Shown in pieces: positions 1 through 10,719 of a stretch of 64,000 bases of DNA; within the stretch, counting starts at the first letter, position 1, and the number at the start of each line of letters is the position of its first letter. Source of the stretch: an uncultured archaeon (GTDB taxonomy: Archaea; Asgardarchaeota; Lokiarchaeia; Sigyniarchaeales; SOKP01); contig CAZALK010000014.1 of NCBI GenBank assembly GCA_964486045.1, positions 89,244 through 153,243 of the forward strand, written 5' to 3'. The notes under the pieces were generated by a model. The model worked only from the letters and a program-made list of their open reading frames with translations, was not told the DNA's origin and did no database searches. Both the position numbers and the translations under genes were made by a program.

Positions 1-185
1 TTAAAAACGGCAATGAGATTGGATATGTAACTTCTGGTGGGTACTCACCTACTCTTAAGAAAACTATCGGATTAGGATTAGTTAAAACCCAGTTTAAAGA
101 AGTTGGTACTGAATTAGAAATTGATATCCGTGGAAAACTTTTAAAGGGGATTATAGTTTCTACACCATTTTATCGTAATGTGTAA
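1..185 (+). CDS. gcvT: glycine cleavage system T protein, C-terminal part (5' truncated by window)
   Basis: Frame from nt 3 reads KNGNEIGYVTSGGYSPTLKKTIGLG...IDIRGK...TPFY; directly upstream of gcvH. Confidence 0.9.
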   Translation, partial: KNGNEIGYVTSGGYSPTLKKTIGLGLVKTQFKEVGTELEIDIRGKLLKGIIVSTPFYRNV

Positions 186-219
186 AAAATAAAAGACTAT
201 TTAGAATATGTGAGTACGT

Positions 220-615
220 ATGAGTTATGAATTTCCAAGTGAATTAAGATACACAACAACCCATGAATGGGTAAGAATTGAGAATAATTTTGCCACTGTT
301 GGAATTACTGACTATGCCCAAAATCAATTAGGTGATGTAGTATTTGTTGATCTTCCAGAGATCGGCATGGTGTTTGAAAAAGGTAGTAATGCCGGTGAAA
401 TAGAATCGGTAAAAGCCGTAGGAGATTTATCAATGCCTTTATCTGGAGAATTGATAGAAATAAATGAACGCCTTATAGAGAGCCCTGAGCTTGTTAACAC
501 TTCCCCATATGACAGAGGTTGGATAATAAAGATAAAAATTTTTCATTCCAATGAAATTGATGAACTTATATCTGTTGAAGAATATAAAGAATTTGTTAAA
601 TCAGAAGAACAATAA
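220..615 (+). CDS. gcvH: glycine cleavage system H protein
   Basis: HEWVR, VGITDYAQ, lipoyl-lysine motif IESVKA. Confidence 0.97.
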   Translation: MSYEFPSELRYTTTHEWVRIENNFATVGITDYAQNQLGDVVFVDLPEIGMVFEKGSNAGEIESVKAVGDLSMPLSGELIEINERLIESPELVNTSPYDRGWIIKIKIFHSNEIDELISVEEYKEFVKSEEQ

Positions 616-681
616 TATTTTTTTTCTTTCATTCGTTAAATTTATTTTTAAATTGTTAATAATTGAGTTGAAATAATTCAT

Positions 682-2025
682 ATGGATTTTGTACCCCACG
701 ACAATAAAACGATTACCGAGATGCTAAGTGTAATTGGAGTTTCTGATTTAGAAGAATTATTTAAAGACATCCCTAAAGATTTGATAATTGAAAAATTAAA
801 CATACCTCCGGGTTTATCTGAACCGGATCTTTTACGTCGTATGGAAGGGATTTCAAAAAAGAATAAAATTTATTCAAATTCCTTTTTAGGCGCTGGAATT
901 TACTTCCATTATACACCATCTATTGTTAATTTCGTTATATCTAGATCAGAATTTTATACATCATACACACCTTATCAAGCTGAAGCAAGTCAGGGATATT
1001 TACAAGCTATTTATGAATATCAAACTATAATATCCCGACTAACTCAAATGGAAGTTGCGAATGCAAGCATGTATGATGGGTCTACCGCCCTTGCTGAGGC
1101 TGCTATTATGGCGACTCTCATTACAAATAAAAAAACGATTGTCATGCTTGAGGGAATTCATCCAGAATATATTGAAGTTGTTAAAACTTATTGTTGGGGC
1201 CAAAGTGTTAACATAACAATATCAAAAGAAAATAAATTAATGGATAAGCTAAATGATGACGTTGCAGCTGTTTTATTCCAGAGTCCTAATTTCTTTGGTG
1301 ATATAGAAGATATATCAAGGTTGGTAAAAAAGATTAAAGAAAAATTTCCCAATTGTTTAGTTATTCAAGTTATGACAGATCCATCGTGTTTAGGTGTTTT
1401 AAAACCTCCGGGATTATTGGACATTGATATTTTTGTAGCAGAGGGGCAATCTTTTGGAATAAATCCCTCTTTTGGAGGTCCAGGATTAGGAATCTTTACT
1501 GCTAAACAGAAGTTCTTAAGAAAGATACCTGGTAGATTAATCGGTAAGACTAAGGAAATTAATGGAGAACGAGAAGGATTTATATTAACTTTACAAGCAC
1601 GTGAACAACATATTCGGCGTGAAAAAGCAAGTTCTAACATATGTACAAACCAGGCACTGTGTTCTTTAGCAGCATTAACATACCTTTTAGCTATGGGAAA
1701 AACCGGTTTAAAAGAAATAGCAACCCAAAACTTTCAAAAAGCACATTATCTCAAGAATGAACTGAAGAATGTTCCGGGGTATAAAATCTTGAACCAAAAG
1801 CCAACTTATAATGAATTTTTGTTGGAATGCCCAAATATTGATTCTTTCATTTCGGAGTGTAAGAAACGTGATTTATTACCCCCATTAAGGATTTCAGATT
1901 ATTATCCTGATATGAAAAATATTGTATTAGTGTGTGTTACTGAAGTTAACTCAAGAAAATCAATTAATTCTTTGATTCAAGCTGCTCAGCAAGCATCAGA
2001 TAATAGAACGGGGGGGAATTTGTGA
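682..2025 (+). CDS. gcvPA: glycine dehydrogenase (decarboxylating) subunit 1
   Basis: YTSYTPYQAEASQG, NASMYDG, LQAREQHIRREKASSNICTNQ. Confidence 0.97.
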   Translation: MDFVPHDNKTITEMLSVIGVSDLEELFKDIPKDLIIEKLNIPPGLSEPDLLRRMEGISKKNKIYSNSFLGAGIYFHYTPSIVNFVISRSEFYTSYTPYQAEASQGYLQAIYEYQTIISRLTQMEVANASMYDGSTALAEAAIMATLITNKKTIVMLEGIHPEYIEVVKTYCWGQSVNITISKENKLMDKLNDDVAAVLFQSPNFFGDIEDISRLVKKIKEKFPNCLVIQVMTDPSCLGVLKPPGLLDIDIFVAEGQSFGINPSFGGPGLGIFTAKQKFLRKIPGRLIGKTKEINGEREGFILTLQAREQHIRREKASSNICTNQALCSLAALTYLLAMGKTGLKEIATQNFQKAHYLKNELKNVPGYKILNQKPTYNEFLLECPNIDSFISECKKRDLLPPLRISDYYPDMKNIVLVCVTEVNSRKSINSLIQAAQQASDNRTGGNL

Positions 2026-3455
2026 TGAAATCTAATTTAATCTTTGAGAAGGGAATTGATGAAGAACTACATAATTATGTTCCAGAAATAGATCTCGAAG
2101 TTGTAGGTCTCCAAGAAATCATTCCTAAAACTCTAATTAGAGAGGATCTACCCATTCCTAATATTCCAGAAGTCGAGATAACTCGTCACTTTATAAAATT
2201 AAGCCAAAAAAATTATAGTGTAGACACTGGAATATACCCCCTTGGATCTTGTACCATGAAATATAATCCAAAAATTAATGAATTTGTTGAGAGATTGCAA
2301 GGTTTCGCCAAAAATCACCCTTTACAAGAAGAAAATCAAGGTTCCATTGAGGTATTATATAAGATCTCAAAATTACTCGGGGAAATAACAGGGATGGATG
2401 CATTCACTCTTCAACCAGCAGCTGGGGCGCATGGGGAATTAGCAGGATTATTAATTATAAAAAAGTATTTTGAATCAAAAGGAATTAAAAAGCAAAAAAT
2501 TATTATACCTGATTCTGCTCATGGAACTAATCCAGCTTCAGCTAAAATGGCAGGTTTTTCTATAATAGAATTAAGTTCAAATAATCGCGGAGAAGTTCCA
2601 CTTGATCAATTAGAATATGCCATGACGGAAGGAGATGTTGCGGGAATTATGTTAACTAACCCTAATACTTTAGGAATCTTTGAACGACAAATTACAGAGA
2701 TCACGCGAATCGTTCATGATAATGGTGGGCTGTGTTATTATGATGGGGCAAATCTAAATCCCATCCTAGGGATTTGTAGACCAAGGGATATGGGTTTTGA
2801 TATTGTCCATCTGAATTTGCATAAAACTTTTTCAACACCTCATGGAGGGGGAGGTCCAGGTTCAGGACCTATAGGAGTAACAAACGAACTTACTCCATTT
2901 CTACCAGAACCATGTATAATATCAACAGAACAAGGCTTAGTTTGCCGAAAAAGGAACGTTAATTCAATTGGTCGAATTAAAGCATTTTGGGGAAACTTTG
3001 GGATTATAATCAGAGCCTACGCTTATATTCTAGCATTAGGTGCGGAAGGGTTGAAAAAAGTCGGTCAGATGTCTGTTTTAAATGCCAATTATTTAAGGAT
3101 GCATTTAAGAAAAAAATATTTTGTTCCTTTTGATAGAACATGCCAACATGAGTTTATAATTACTGATCGTAATATGCCTAACGGTGTAACAACTGAAGAT
3201 ATTGCTAAAAGAATTCTTGATTTTGGGATATATGCCCCCACTATTTACTTTCCTTTAGTAGTTAAAGGTGCGTTGATGATAGAACCCACTGAAACTGAAT
3301 CTAAAACTTCTATGGATTATTTTTCTGAAGTAATGGAAAAAATTTACAAAGAAGCCAAAGATCATCCAGTAACACTAAAAACAGCACCTCACAACACCCC
3401 AATAAAGCGTTTAGATGCGGTTCTTGCTGCAAGAAAACCTATATTACACGATTAA
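2022..3455 (+). CDS. gcvPB: glycine dehydrogenase (decarboxylating) subunit 2
   Basis: PLGSCTMKYNP, QPAAGAHGE, PLP motif HLNLHKTFSTPHGGGGPG. Confidence 0.97.
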   Translation: MMKSNLIFEKGIDEELHNYVPEIDLEVVGLQEIIPKTLIREDLPIPNIPEVEITRHFIKLSQKNYSVDTGIYPLGSCTMKYNPKINEFVERLQGFAKNHPLQEENQGSIEVLYKISKLLGEITGMDAFTLQPAAGAHGELAGLLIIKKYFESKGIKKQKIIIPDSAHGTNPASAKMAGFSIIELSSNNRGEVPLDQLEYAMTEGDVAGIMLTNPNTLGIFERQITEITRIVHDNGGLCYYDGANLNPILGICRPRDMGFDIVHLNLHKTFSTPHGGGGPGSGPIGVTNELTPFLPEPCIISTEQGLVCRKRNVNSIGRIKAFWGNFGIIIRAYAYILALGAEGLKKVGQMSVLNANYLRMHLRKKYFVPFDRTCQHEFIITDRNMPNGVTTEDIAKRILDFGIYAPTIYFPLVVKGALMIEPTETESKTSMDYFSEVMEKIYKEAKDHPVTLKTAPHNTPIKRLDAVLAARKPILHD

Positions 3456-3554
3456 TATTGGTAATTGAATAAATTTTTATACTCTTTGGCAATATAAAAT
3501 TTAAAAAAACTAAAATAAGTAAGACTTAGTTAATTTAAATATTGGTGTACAATC

Positions 3555-5522
3555 ATAAATTACTTATCATTTTTTCCCTACGATCAATTTAGAAGAGAAC
3601 AAGAAAAAATTATAAAACAGATTGAAATAGATTCAAAATCAAGAAAAAATATTCTGTTAGCAGCCCCCAATGGTTCGGGAAAAACAATAATTGCATTGAG
3701 TGGACTACTTTCTTTAGCATATGAGAAAGATCTAAAAATTATTTATATGTGTAGAACACACTCTCAGAATAGAAGAGTTATCAGAGAATTAATCAAAATA
3801 TCAGAAAAATTAGAGAAAAACCATCTTGGAATAAAATTAAATGGGCTTTCCATAAGAGGGAGGAACGAGATGTGCCTAAATGAAACTTTATTAGACTTAA
3901 AATTAAATCCTAAAGAGTCGATGTCAGTTTGTAAAGATTTAAGACAAAATAGGAACTGTTCTCACTTCTTAAATTTGTTAAAAAAAAAGGGAAAAGTAGA
4001 GAACCCTACGTTAATGGCCCCGGAATTATTCAACAAGCCCATTGATGCTGAGGAACTTATAGAGTTTTGCAAGAGTGACAAATTGTGCCCTTATTTTTTA
4101 TGTAAATTCTTACTAAAAGAAATGAAAGTCATTATCTGTAATTATCAATGGATTTTCAACCCCCACATTCGGGAACTTTTCTTACAATTTGTGGATCAAG
4201 GATTAGACAATTGTATTTTAGTTCTCGATGAATGTCATAATATAATCGATGTAGCAACAGATGTAAATTCTAATAGAATAACACCATATTCATTGAGATT
4301 ATGTTTAAAGGACTTAGAAATGTATAGATCACCACGAGTAATGCAAAGATTTGTAAGAACTTTATTGGATCACTTTGATGAGAAAAAAAGTAGTCTAAAC
4401 TACGGGGAACAAGCATTGGACCCAATTAACTATTTAAAAATCCTTTTTAAAAAACTTAATCTCAAAGATTTGAATGAATTTAAGAATATAATTGAAGAAT
4501 TGCATGAATTCAGTATTTCGGTTCACAATGAGAAAAATTCTGATGGTAAAATTTCAAGGGATTACTTAGGTTCTTTTTCCGAGTTTTGGTTAAAATGGCT
4601 AAAAACATACAACCTTGAAAATTATTTTTTCTGTTTTACAGTTAAACAAGTTAAGCGAAAGAGATCAATTTCTTTAGAGATCGTGGCTTTAGATCCAAGA
4701 GAAATTGTTATTCCAATCTTAAAATCTGTTTTTACTTCCTTAAACTTATCTGGAACAGTAAATCCTTATGTCTATACTAATTTAATGGGATTAAATGAGA
4801 GTGGTAAAAGTTACAATGAAATAATAGCACAATCACCTTTCCAAAAGAAAAATATTAAGGCGATGATTATTGAGGGAGTGGATACTAAAAGAGATAATAG
4901 AACACCTGAAATGTTTGAGAAAATGATTTCTAAAATAAATGAAGTTTTAATGTGTACTCCTGCAAATGTGGGTATATTTTGTGCCTCCTACCAAATACTT
5001 AAAGGTCTTATTTCGAATGGAATAGAGAAGATTGTAGAAAAGAACAATAAGAGTTTTTTTAACGAATCACCTGGATTATCTGCTTCAGAAAACAATACAA
5101 TGGTGGATCAATTTAAAACAATGTCCTCGAATGGTGGGGCTGTATTACTTGGTGTATGTGGGGGAAGAAATTCAGAAGGCGAGGATTATCCAGGGAATTA
5201 CATGAACTCTGTTGTTATAGCTGGTATTCCTTATCATTTACCTACTCCGAGAGTTAATGCCAAAATTAAATATTACGATAAAGTATTTAGACGTCAAGGT
5301 TGGAATTTTGCCTACTTATACCCAGCGATTCAGAGAGCAAACCAAGCCTCTGGTCGACCAATAAGAAAAATATCTGATAAAGGAGCAATAATATTTCTGG
5401 ATAGTCGTTTTAAAGCCAAAAACAAATGGATTTCAGAATGGATAAGAGAAGAACTAGAAATTATTCCAGATAAACCTAATGCATTAATTCAGACTTTAAA
5501 ACCTTTTTGGAAGGGTAACTAG
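3555..5522 (+). CDS. xpd: XPD/Rad3/DinG-family Fe-S DNA helicase; probable non-AUG start (ATA 3555 or ATC 3552)
   Basis: Frame is open from 3534 and encodes FPYDQFRREQ and Walker A APNGSGKT upstream of the first TTG (3696); Fe-S cysteines, DECH, SEGEDY, QASGRPIR. Confidence 0.88.
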   Translation: MNYLSFFPYDQFRREQEKIIKQIEIDSKSRKNILLAAPNGSGKTIIALSGLLSLAYEKDLKIIYMCRTHSQNRRVIRELIKISEKLEKNHLGIKLNGLSIRGRNEMCLNETLLDLKLNPKESMSVCKDLRQNRNCSHFLNLLKKKGKVENPTLMAPELFNKPIDAEELIEFCKSDKLCPYFLCKFLLKEMKVIICNYQWIFNPHIRELFLQFVDQGLDNCILVLDECHNIIDVATDVNSNRITPYSLRLCLKDLEMYRSPRVMQRFVRTLLDHFDEKKSSLNYGEQALDPINYLKILFKKLNLKDLNEFKNIIEELHEFSISVHNEKNSDGKISRDYLGSFSEFWLKWLKTYNLENYFFCFTVKQVKRKRSISLEIVALDPREIVIPILKSVFTSLNLSGTVNPYVYTNLMGLNESGKSYNEIIAQSPFQKKNIKAMIIEGVDTKRDNRTPEMFEKMISKINEVLMCTPANVGIFCASYQILKGLISNGIEKIVEKNNKSFFNESPGLSASENNTMVDQFKTMSSNGGAVLLGVCGGRNSEGEDYPGNYMNSVVIAGIPYHLPTPRVNAKIKYYDKVFRRQGWNFAYLYPAIQRANQASGRPIRKISDKGAIIFLDSRFKAKNKWISEWIREELEIIPDKPNALIQTLKPFWKGN

Positions 5523-5645
5523 ATTTGCTTTACAATATAAAATAAATATAATTGGTAGTACAGGAAAGATTATATTAAAATACATTGTACTATTAAAATT
5601 TGAGAAGAAGACCGCTAATATATAATTAACAGATAGGTTTCATTT

Positions 5646-6818
5646 TTATTTAAGTTTTAGAAATATTATTGCCACAGAAATTAATGGAAAAACAATCATA
5701 AAAGACATAGCAATATAATAATTAGGATTAAAAACTAATAAGAGACTGAAAAAAAGACTTCCTATAAAACTACCTGAAAAAACACTAGCATTAGCATAAC
5801 CCAATATCTGTCCTTTATTTTTTGGAGTTGTTTTTTGAGCAATATATACTATAGTGGCTGCCCAATGCATAGAATAGCTGAAAGAGAATAGAACCTGGCA
5901 GATGAGGAACATCCAAAAGTTCGATGCAATTATAAAGCCAAAAATTGATATAGTACTTAAAAAATAACCACTTATCATAAAAGATTTAATATTTTTTTTA
6001 GTAATCATCTTTCCCGCAGCAAGCATTTGAAAAAATTGTAAGAAAAAATTCAAACCAATTAAAAAGCCTACTTCTGAGTCGTTACTCAAATACAGGCTCA
6101 TTATAATTGCTAGAATAGCCATTATTGGTTTGATACTGAAATTTCTAAAAAATAATCCAAAATATATTGATTTAGAGATATGGTCTTCTTCTACAGTCTG
6201 TATTTTATTTAAGGCATTTATATTTTTGACATCTTTAAGTTTATACTTTTCCAAAATCAAAGCTCTATTTTCTCTAATAAAAACAACAAAAAGAATGGCT
6301 GGAAGAGAAATTAACAAAAGAAATATAAAAATGTTTTCTATTGCATTGAGGTCAATGAAAATACCACCAGATTGGGCCCCCGTAAACCAACCTGCTACTA
6401 TTGCAGCATTGTAATAGGAAATCAATTTCTTATCATCTTCAACTAATTCAGCATACAACACAAATGAAATATTCGATAAAGACATAGATAAACCAAGGAA
6501 AAGGAGTAAAATAACAATAAATATCAAATCTTTTGTTAAAGATAACGCTAAAAATACAAAAGATATTCCAATTACTCCAGATATTATGAAAACAACTCTA
6601 TTTTGAAATCTGTCGGAATAAAAACCAAATAAAGGAGGAAAAATAAACGCAGTTAATGGAAAGATAGAGGCTATAAGTTGAATTAAAGGTTTTTCTAGTC
6701 CCAAATTTAATAGATATCTAGGGATATATGTGAATACCATCATTGATGCAGCGCTCGTAAAAAAAATAGTGATTAAAATTAAAATAACAGATCTTTTTAA
6801 TAAAACCAATTTACTCAA
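5646..6818 (-). CDS. MFS transporter
   Basis: About 12 hydrophobic helices; motif-A-like GFYSDRFQNR. Confidence 0.85.
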   Translation of the reverse strand: MSKLVLLKRSVILILITIFFTSAASMMVFTYIPRYLLNLGLEKPLIQLIASIFPLTAFIFPPLFGFYSDRFQNRVVFIISGVIGISFVFLALSLTKDLIFIVILLLFLGLSMSLSNISFVLYAELVEDDKKLISYYNAAIVAGWFTGAQSGGIFIDLNAIENIFIFLLLISLPAILFVVFIRENRALILEKYKLKDVKNINALNKIQTVEEDHISKSIYFGLFFRNFSIKPIMAILAIIMSLYLSNDSEVGFLIGLNFFLQFFQMLAAGKMITKKNIKSFMISGYFLSTISIFGFIIASNFWMFLICQVLFSFSYSMHWAATIVYIAQKTTPKNKGQILGYANASVFSGSFIGSLFFSLLLVFNPNYYIAMSFMIVFPLISVAIIFLKLK

Positions 6819-6853
6819 TTAGATGCGTATTACAATTATAAGTTCCAAATTTT

Positions 6854-7024
6854 TTATATATTAATTAGTTTTGGTTTTATACGTTGCTTAAACTTCAATA
6901 ATATACTCATGGAAGAAAGCACGGGAAATACAACCATAAAAAACATTGCACTATAATAATTTGAGTTGAACACCACTAATAAATAACTAAATATAAGACC
7001 CCCAACAAATCCTCCTGAAAATTC
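6854..7024 (-). pseudogene. C-terminal remnant of an MFS paralog
   Basis: Reads FSGGFVGGLIFSYLLVVFNSNYYSAMFFMVVFPVLSS, matching the C-terminus of the adjacent MFS (FSGSFIGSLFFSLLLVFNPNYYIAMSFMIVFPLIS); N-terminal part absent. Confidence 0.75.
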
Positions 7025-8833
7025 CTAACGCTCTAATCCATTTAAATTTATAATTTTTTTGTAAATTTCTTTCACTTTTTTTGTAACAATGCCCCACCTA
7101 AAGTTAGTTTCTACTCGATTATGGCAATTTTCTTTAATTTTATGGTAAAAGTTTGGATCGAGTAACACTAATGATTTGAGAATATCGTCAGGTATCTGAT
7201 TAACCAAATTAAGTGTTTCAGTCTCATAAATGGATTCTTTTAATATTACTTTTTTAGAGATTTCTGCAAGTAAAAATAGAGAAATTAGTGCATTGGCAAA
7301 TTGAGATGGATCATCTTTATCAACTAAAACACCTGTTCCGATTTCAGAGAAGTTTCTGATGTCAATAATAGTCTCTTGAAATCCGCCAACACGGGTAGCA
7401 ATAATTGGAAGTTTTGATGCCATTGCTTCTAAAGCAATGATACCAAATGGTTCCCATCTAGATAAAGCACAATAAACATCTGCAGAAATGTGTGCTAAAT
7501 AAAAAATATCATTTGCCACTCCAAAGATTATTCGGAGATTATCAGGATATTTTTTTACTATTTCGGAGTAAGATTTTATTTCTTCTAAACTATAATCAGT
7601 TGGTAAAATTAAAAATAAAAACTTAGCATTGGGAATTGTATGAATTACCTCAGGGATGGCATCAAAAATAGTTTCAAAACCTTTTTGATACGACATTCTT
7701 CCTGTGGTAATAACTAACGGTCCAGGTTCATTAAATGGTTTTATATTCCCATTTTTTATAAACTGGTTTCCATTCGATATTTCACTTATCACCTTCAGGA
7801 CTTTTTTTGACCTAATTAATGGACTTCTATCCAAATGGGCAATTTTATGAGTTAATAAGTATCTTTTCATATCTAATAAAGACAATTCTCTCTCGATAGG
7901 GATTTCCAATACTTTACGTATGTCTTCTCCATGCATTCTTAAAACTTCCCTATTGATCTCCTTATAATCCCAATCACATCCATCCCATATGAAATCAGAC
8001 TTAAATTCAATTAAATGTTTACCACAATTCGGAATAACATCAGATATAAGATAAGATTGACTCACTGTTGTAACAATATCACAAATAACTGCTCCAATTT
8101 TTTCTACAGTTGGGGGTTGATTAATATCATTATAATCACTTGACACTTTACTTAAAGAGAAGATTTCATCTATAGATAGCGATTTATAGCCATCTTTTAA
8201 TAAGATCTTAATGGGGGTTTGATCAATCCCACACGCATAATAAAAATCTATACCATACCTTGGCCAAGTTAGTAAATGAATAGTAAAAATGGAGTGAAAA
8301 TCTAATCCATTCTTTATCATTTCTTGCTTAATTCCAATAAACGATATAACTGAATGATAATCATGTAAATGTAATATATTTGGTAAATTTTCTTTTTGAT
8401 TGTCAATTAAATAATTTATAAAACAACGCATTCCAATACTAAATAAACAGATTTTCCCATTAAGAGTTTCAGGATTATAAACAGTAGAATCATCTAAAAA
8501 ACTACTTGTAAAATGATTTTCTCCAACTAAGAGAATTATATTTACATTATCTTTTTTTGATTTATAGAAAGATATGTTGTAATTACTTACAGGCTCGTTT
8601 AATCCTAAAATTAATGGATCTATCTGACCAACACAATTAAATGGCAATTTTTCCCAAACGGAATTTTTCTTTAGATTATTAAACTGACCATGCGACGGAA
8701 TAAAAACAGTAATTTCAAAATCATTTGAAAGATTTTTAGCTTGGTTTGCAGGTACTTCCCCAAGGCCTCCAACTTTTACAATTCCCGCATATTCAAAGGT
8801 AAATATCCAAATATTATCTTTATTATTATTCAC
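7025..8833 (-). CDS. glgA: glycogen/starch synthase (GT-B glycosyltransferase)
   Basis: KVGGLG, LHLHDYH, GRMSYQKG, SRWEPFGIIALEAM. Confidence 0.85.
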   Translation of the reverse strand: MNNNKDNIWIFTFEYAGIVKVGGLGEVPANQAKNLSNDFEITVFIPSHGQFNNLKKNSVWEKLPFNCVGQIDPLILGLNEPVSNYNISFYKSKKDNVNIILLVGENHFTSSFLDDSTVYNPETLNGKICLFSIGMRCFINYLIDNQKENLPNILHLHDYHSVISFIGIKQEMIKNGLDFHSIFTIHLLTWPRYGIDFYYACGIDQTPIKILLKDGYKSLSIDEIFSLSKVSSDYNDINQPPTVEKIGAVICDIVTTVSQSYLISDVIPNCGKHLIEFKSDFIWDGCDWDYKEINREVLRMHGEDIRKVLEIPIERELSLLDMKRYLLTHKIAHLDRSPLIRSKKVLKVISEISNGNQFIKNGNIKPFNEPGPLVITTGRMSYQKGFETIFDAIPEVIHTIPNAKFLFLILPTDYSLEEIKSYSEIVKKYPDNLRIIFGVANDIFYLAHISADVYCALSRWEPFGIIALEAMASKLPIIATRVGGFQETIIDIRNFSEIGTGVLVDKDDPSQFANALISLFLLAEISKKVILKESIYETETLNLVNQIPDDILKSLVLLDPNFYHKIKENCHNRVETNFRWGIVTKKVKEIYKKIINLNGLER

Positions 8834-9061
8834 AATGCTTCAAGTTTTTTAACGGAACAGTTAGCAATCAAGAATTAATTAAAAAGCTATATTAATTTAA
8901 TTTAAGTCTTTAAAAAAAGAATTTTATTAAAACTTAATTAAAAGTTGACTTGTATGATTCAAATACGACAAAAACTAAATATTTTGATGAATATAATACA
9001 ATCTAATAAATGAAAGATTTTTATTTTTATTATTATATGCAATTTATAAAATAAAACAAAG

Positions 9062-9448
9062 GTGGTTAAAGGAATGGTTAATATAGAAGCAATCGACACC
9101 GGGATCGCTAAAGCAGGTCCATATAGTCTTGGAATAAAAGCGGGTAATCTTATTTTTATATCTGGTCAAGTTCCTGATCCAGAAAAAAAGGGTATCAGAG
9201 AACAAACATTATCTGCTCTTGAAAAGATAAAGTCAATATTAGGAGCTTCGGGAGCAATGGTATCAAACATCACGAAAATAAGTGTTTTTTTGAAAAATAT
9301 GGATGATTTTAAAAACATGAATCAGGCATATAGTGAATTTTTTGAACAGAATGGTGTTACTGAAAATTTCCCCGCAAGAAGTACTGTTGAAGCCACTTGT
9401 CCAATGCCCGGAGCTTTAGTTGAAATTGATGCTATAGCAGCAACTTAG
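9062..9448 (+). CDS. RidA/YjgF family enamine deaminase
   Basis: GPYS, FISGQ, FPARSTV, LVEIDAIA. Confidence 0.92.
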   Translation: MVKGMVNIEAIDTGIAKAGPYSLGIKAGNLIFISGQVPDPEKKGIREQTLSALEKIKSILGASGAMVSNITKISVFLKNMDDFKNMNQAYSEFFEQNGVTENFPARSTVEATCPMPGALVEIDAIAAT

Positions 9449-9519
9449 ACAATTAATTATTAAAAGGATTTAGAGTTAAAAGGAAAAATGTTTTACTTAT
9501 ACATATTTACTCTAAGATT

Positions 9520-10719
9520 ATGTGTGACACATACGTTTGTTTAGGAACATGGTCTAAAGATGGGAATGTAATTTTTGGTAAAAATAGTGATAGACTAAGT
9601 AATGAAGTACAATTGATTACACATAAACCTAGAATGAGATACTCAAAAGGGGAAAAAGTAGAATGCACACACATATCAATACCTCAAGTAACGGAAACAG
9701 CAGAAATCTTAATGAGTCAACCATATTGGATGTTTGGTTGCGAGATGGGTTGTAATGAGAATAATGTGGTTATTGGAAATGAAGCTATCCCCTCAAAAGA
9801 ACCTGTTATGGAGAAAGGACTATTAGGCATGGATATTCTAAGATTAGGATTAGAAAGAGGGAAAACGGCTAAAGAAGCTCTAGACATTATTATCAGTTTG
9901 CTTGAAAAACATGGACAAGGTGGGGCTCATAATTTAAAAGGCATGAACTATAGCAATTCATTTATCGTCGCTGATCCGATAGAAGCTTTTGTAATTGAAG
10001 ATGTTGGGGAGTGGTGGATTGTTGAGATTGTAAAAGATTTTCGTTCTATATCAAACCACATTTCAATCCGGGGAAAAGGGGATTTTAGAAAAATGGGTAT
10101 AATTGAGTATGCGATCCAAAATGATTATTGTAAGGATGACAATGATTTTGATTTTATGTCGACATTTTCCAATGTGCTCTTACCCGAAAAATGGCCTCTT
10201 GATTCTAGAGACGGATGTTCATTAAATCAATTATCTACTAATAAGAGTAGGATTACACCATCCTTATTGATGGAATTTTTAAGAGAGCATAAAGCAGGAA
10301 TTTGTATGCACGGTCGTTCAGATCGATCGGTAGGTTCTCAAGTTTCTCATCTACGAAAGAACCAGAAGTCGGTGCATTGGTTTACAGGATCAACGATACC
10401 ATGCTTAGGGATATTTAAACCCTATGTTTTCCCATATGAAGGAAAAAATACTAATGAGCCCGGTCCTTACACTGAAATTAACTATAAATGGTATTGGGCT
10501 CGCCATGATGCATTTATAAGAAATTATATTAAAAAACCAAAAGAAGATAAACCCGAAAGGAATAACTACTATAGAAAATTGAGATCTATTGAAACCAAAA
10601 TATTAGAACGAGTTGACTCCATAATTTCTAAAAATAATATTTCTAAGACCGAATTTAATAGTTTATTAGTAGAAGTTAATAACTACTCATGGGAAAAAGC
10701 AGAGGAATTGATTAGATAG
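9520..10719 (+). CDS. secernin / peptidase C69 family (Ntn hydrolase), paralog 1
   Basis: N-terminal MCDT, FGKNSDR, GCEMGCNE, LLGMDILRLGLER. Confidence 0.88.
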   Translation: MCDTYVCLGTWSKDGNVIFGKNSDRLSNEVQLITHKPRMRYSKGEKVECTHISIPQVTETAEILMSQPYWMFGCEMGCNENNVVIGNEAIPSKEPVMEKGLLGMDILRLGLERGKTAKEALDIIISLLEKHGQGGAHNLKGMNYSNSFIVADPIEAFVIEDVGEWWIVEIVKDFRSISNHISIRGKGDFRKMGIIEYAIQNDYCKDDNDFDFMSTFSNVLLPEKWPLDSRDGCSLNQLSTNKSRITPSLLMEFLREHKAGICMHGRSDRSVGSQVSHLRKNQKSVHWFTGSTIPCLGIFKPYVFPYEGKNTNEPGPYTEINYKWYWARHDAFIRNYIKKPKEDKPERNNYYRKLRSIETKILERVDSIISKNNISKTEFNSLLVEVNNYSWEKAEELIR

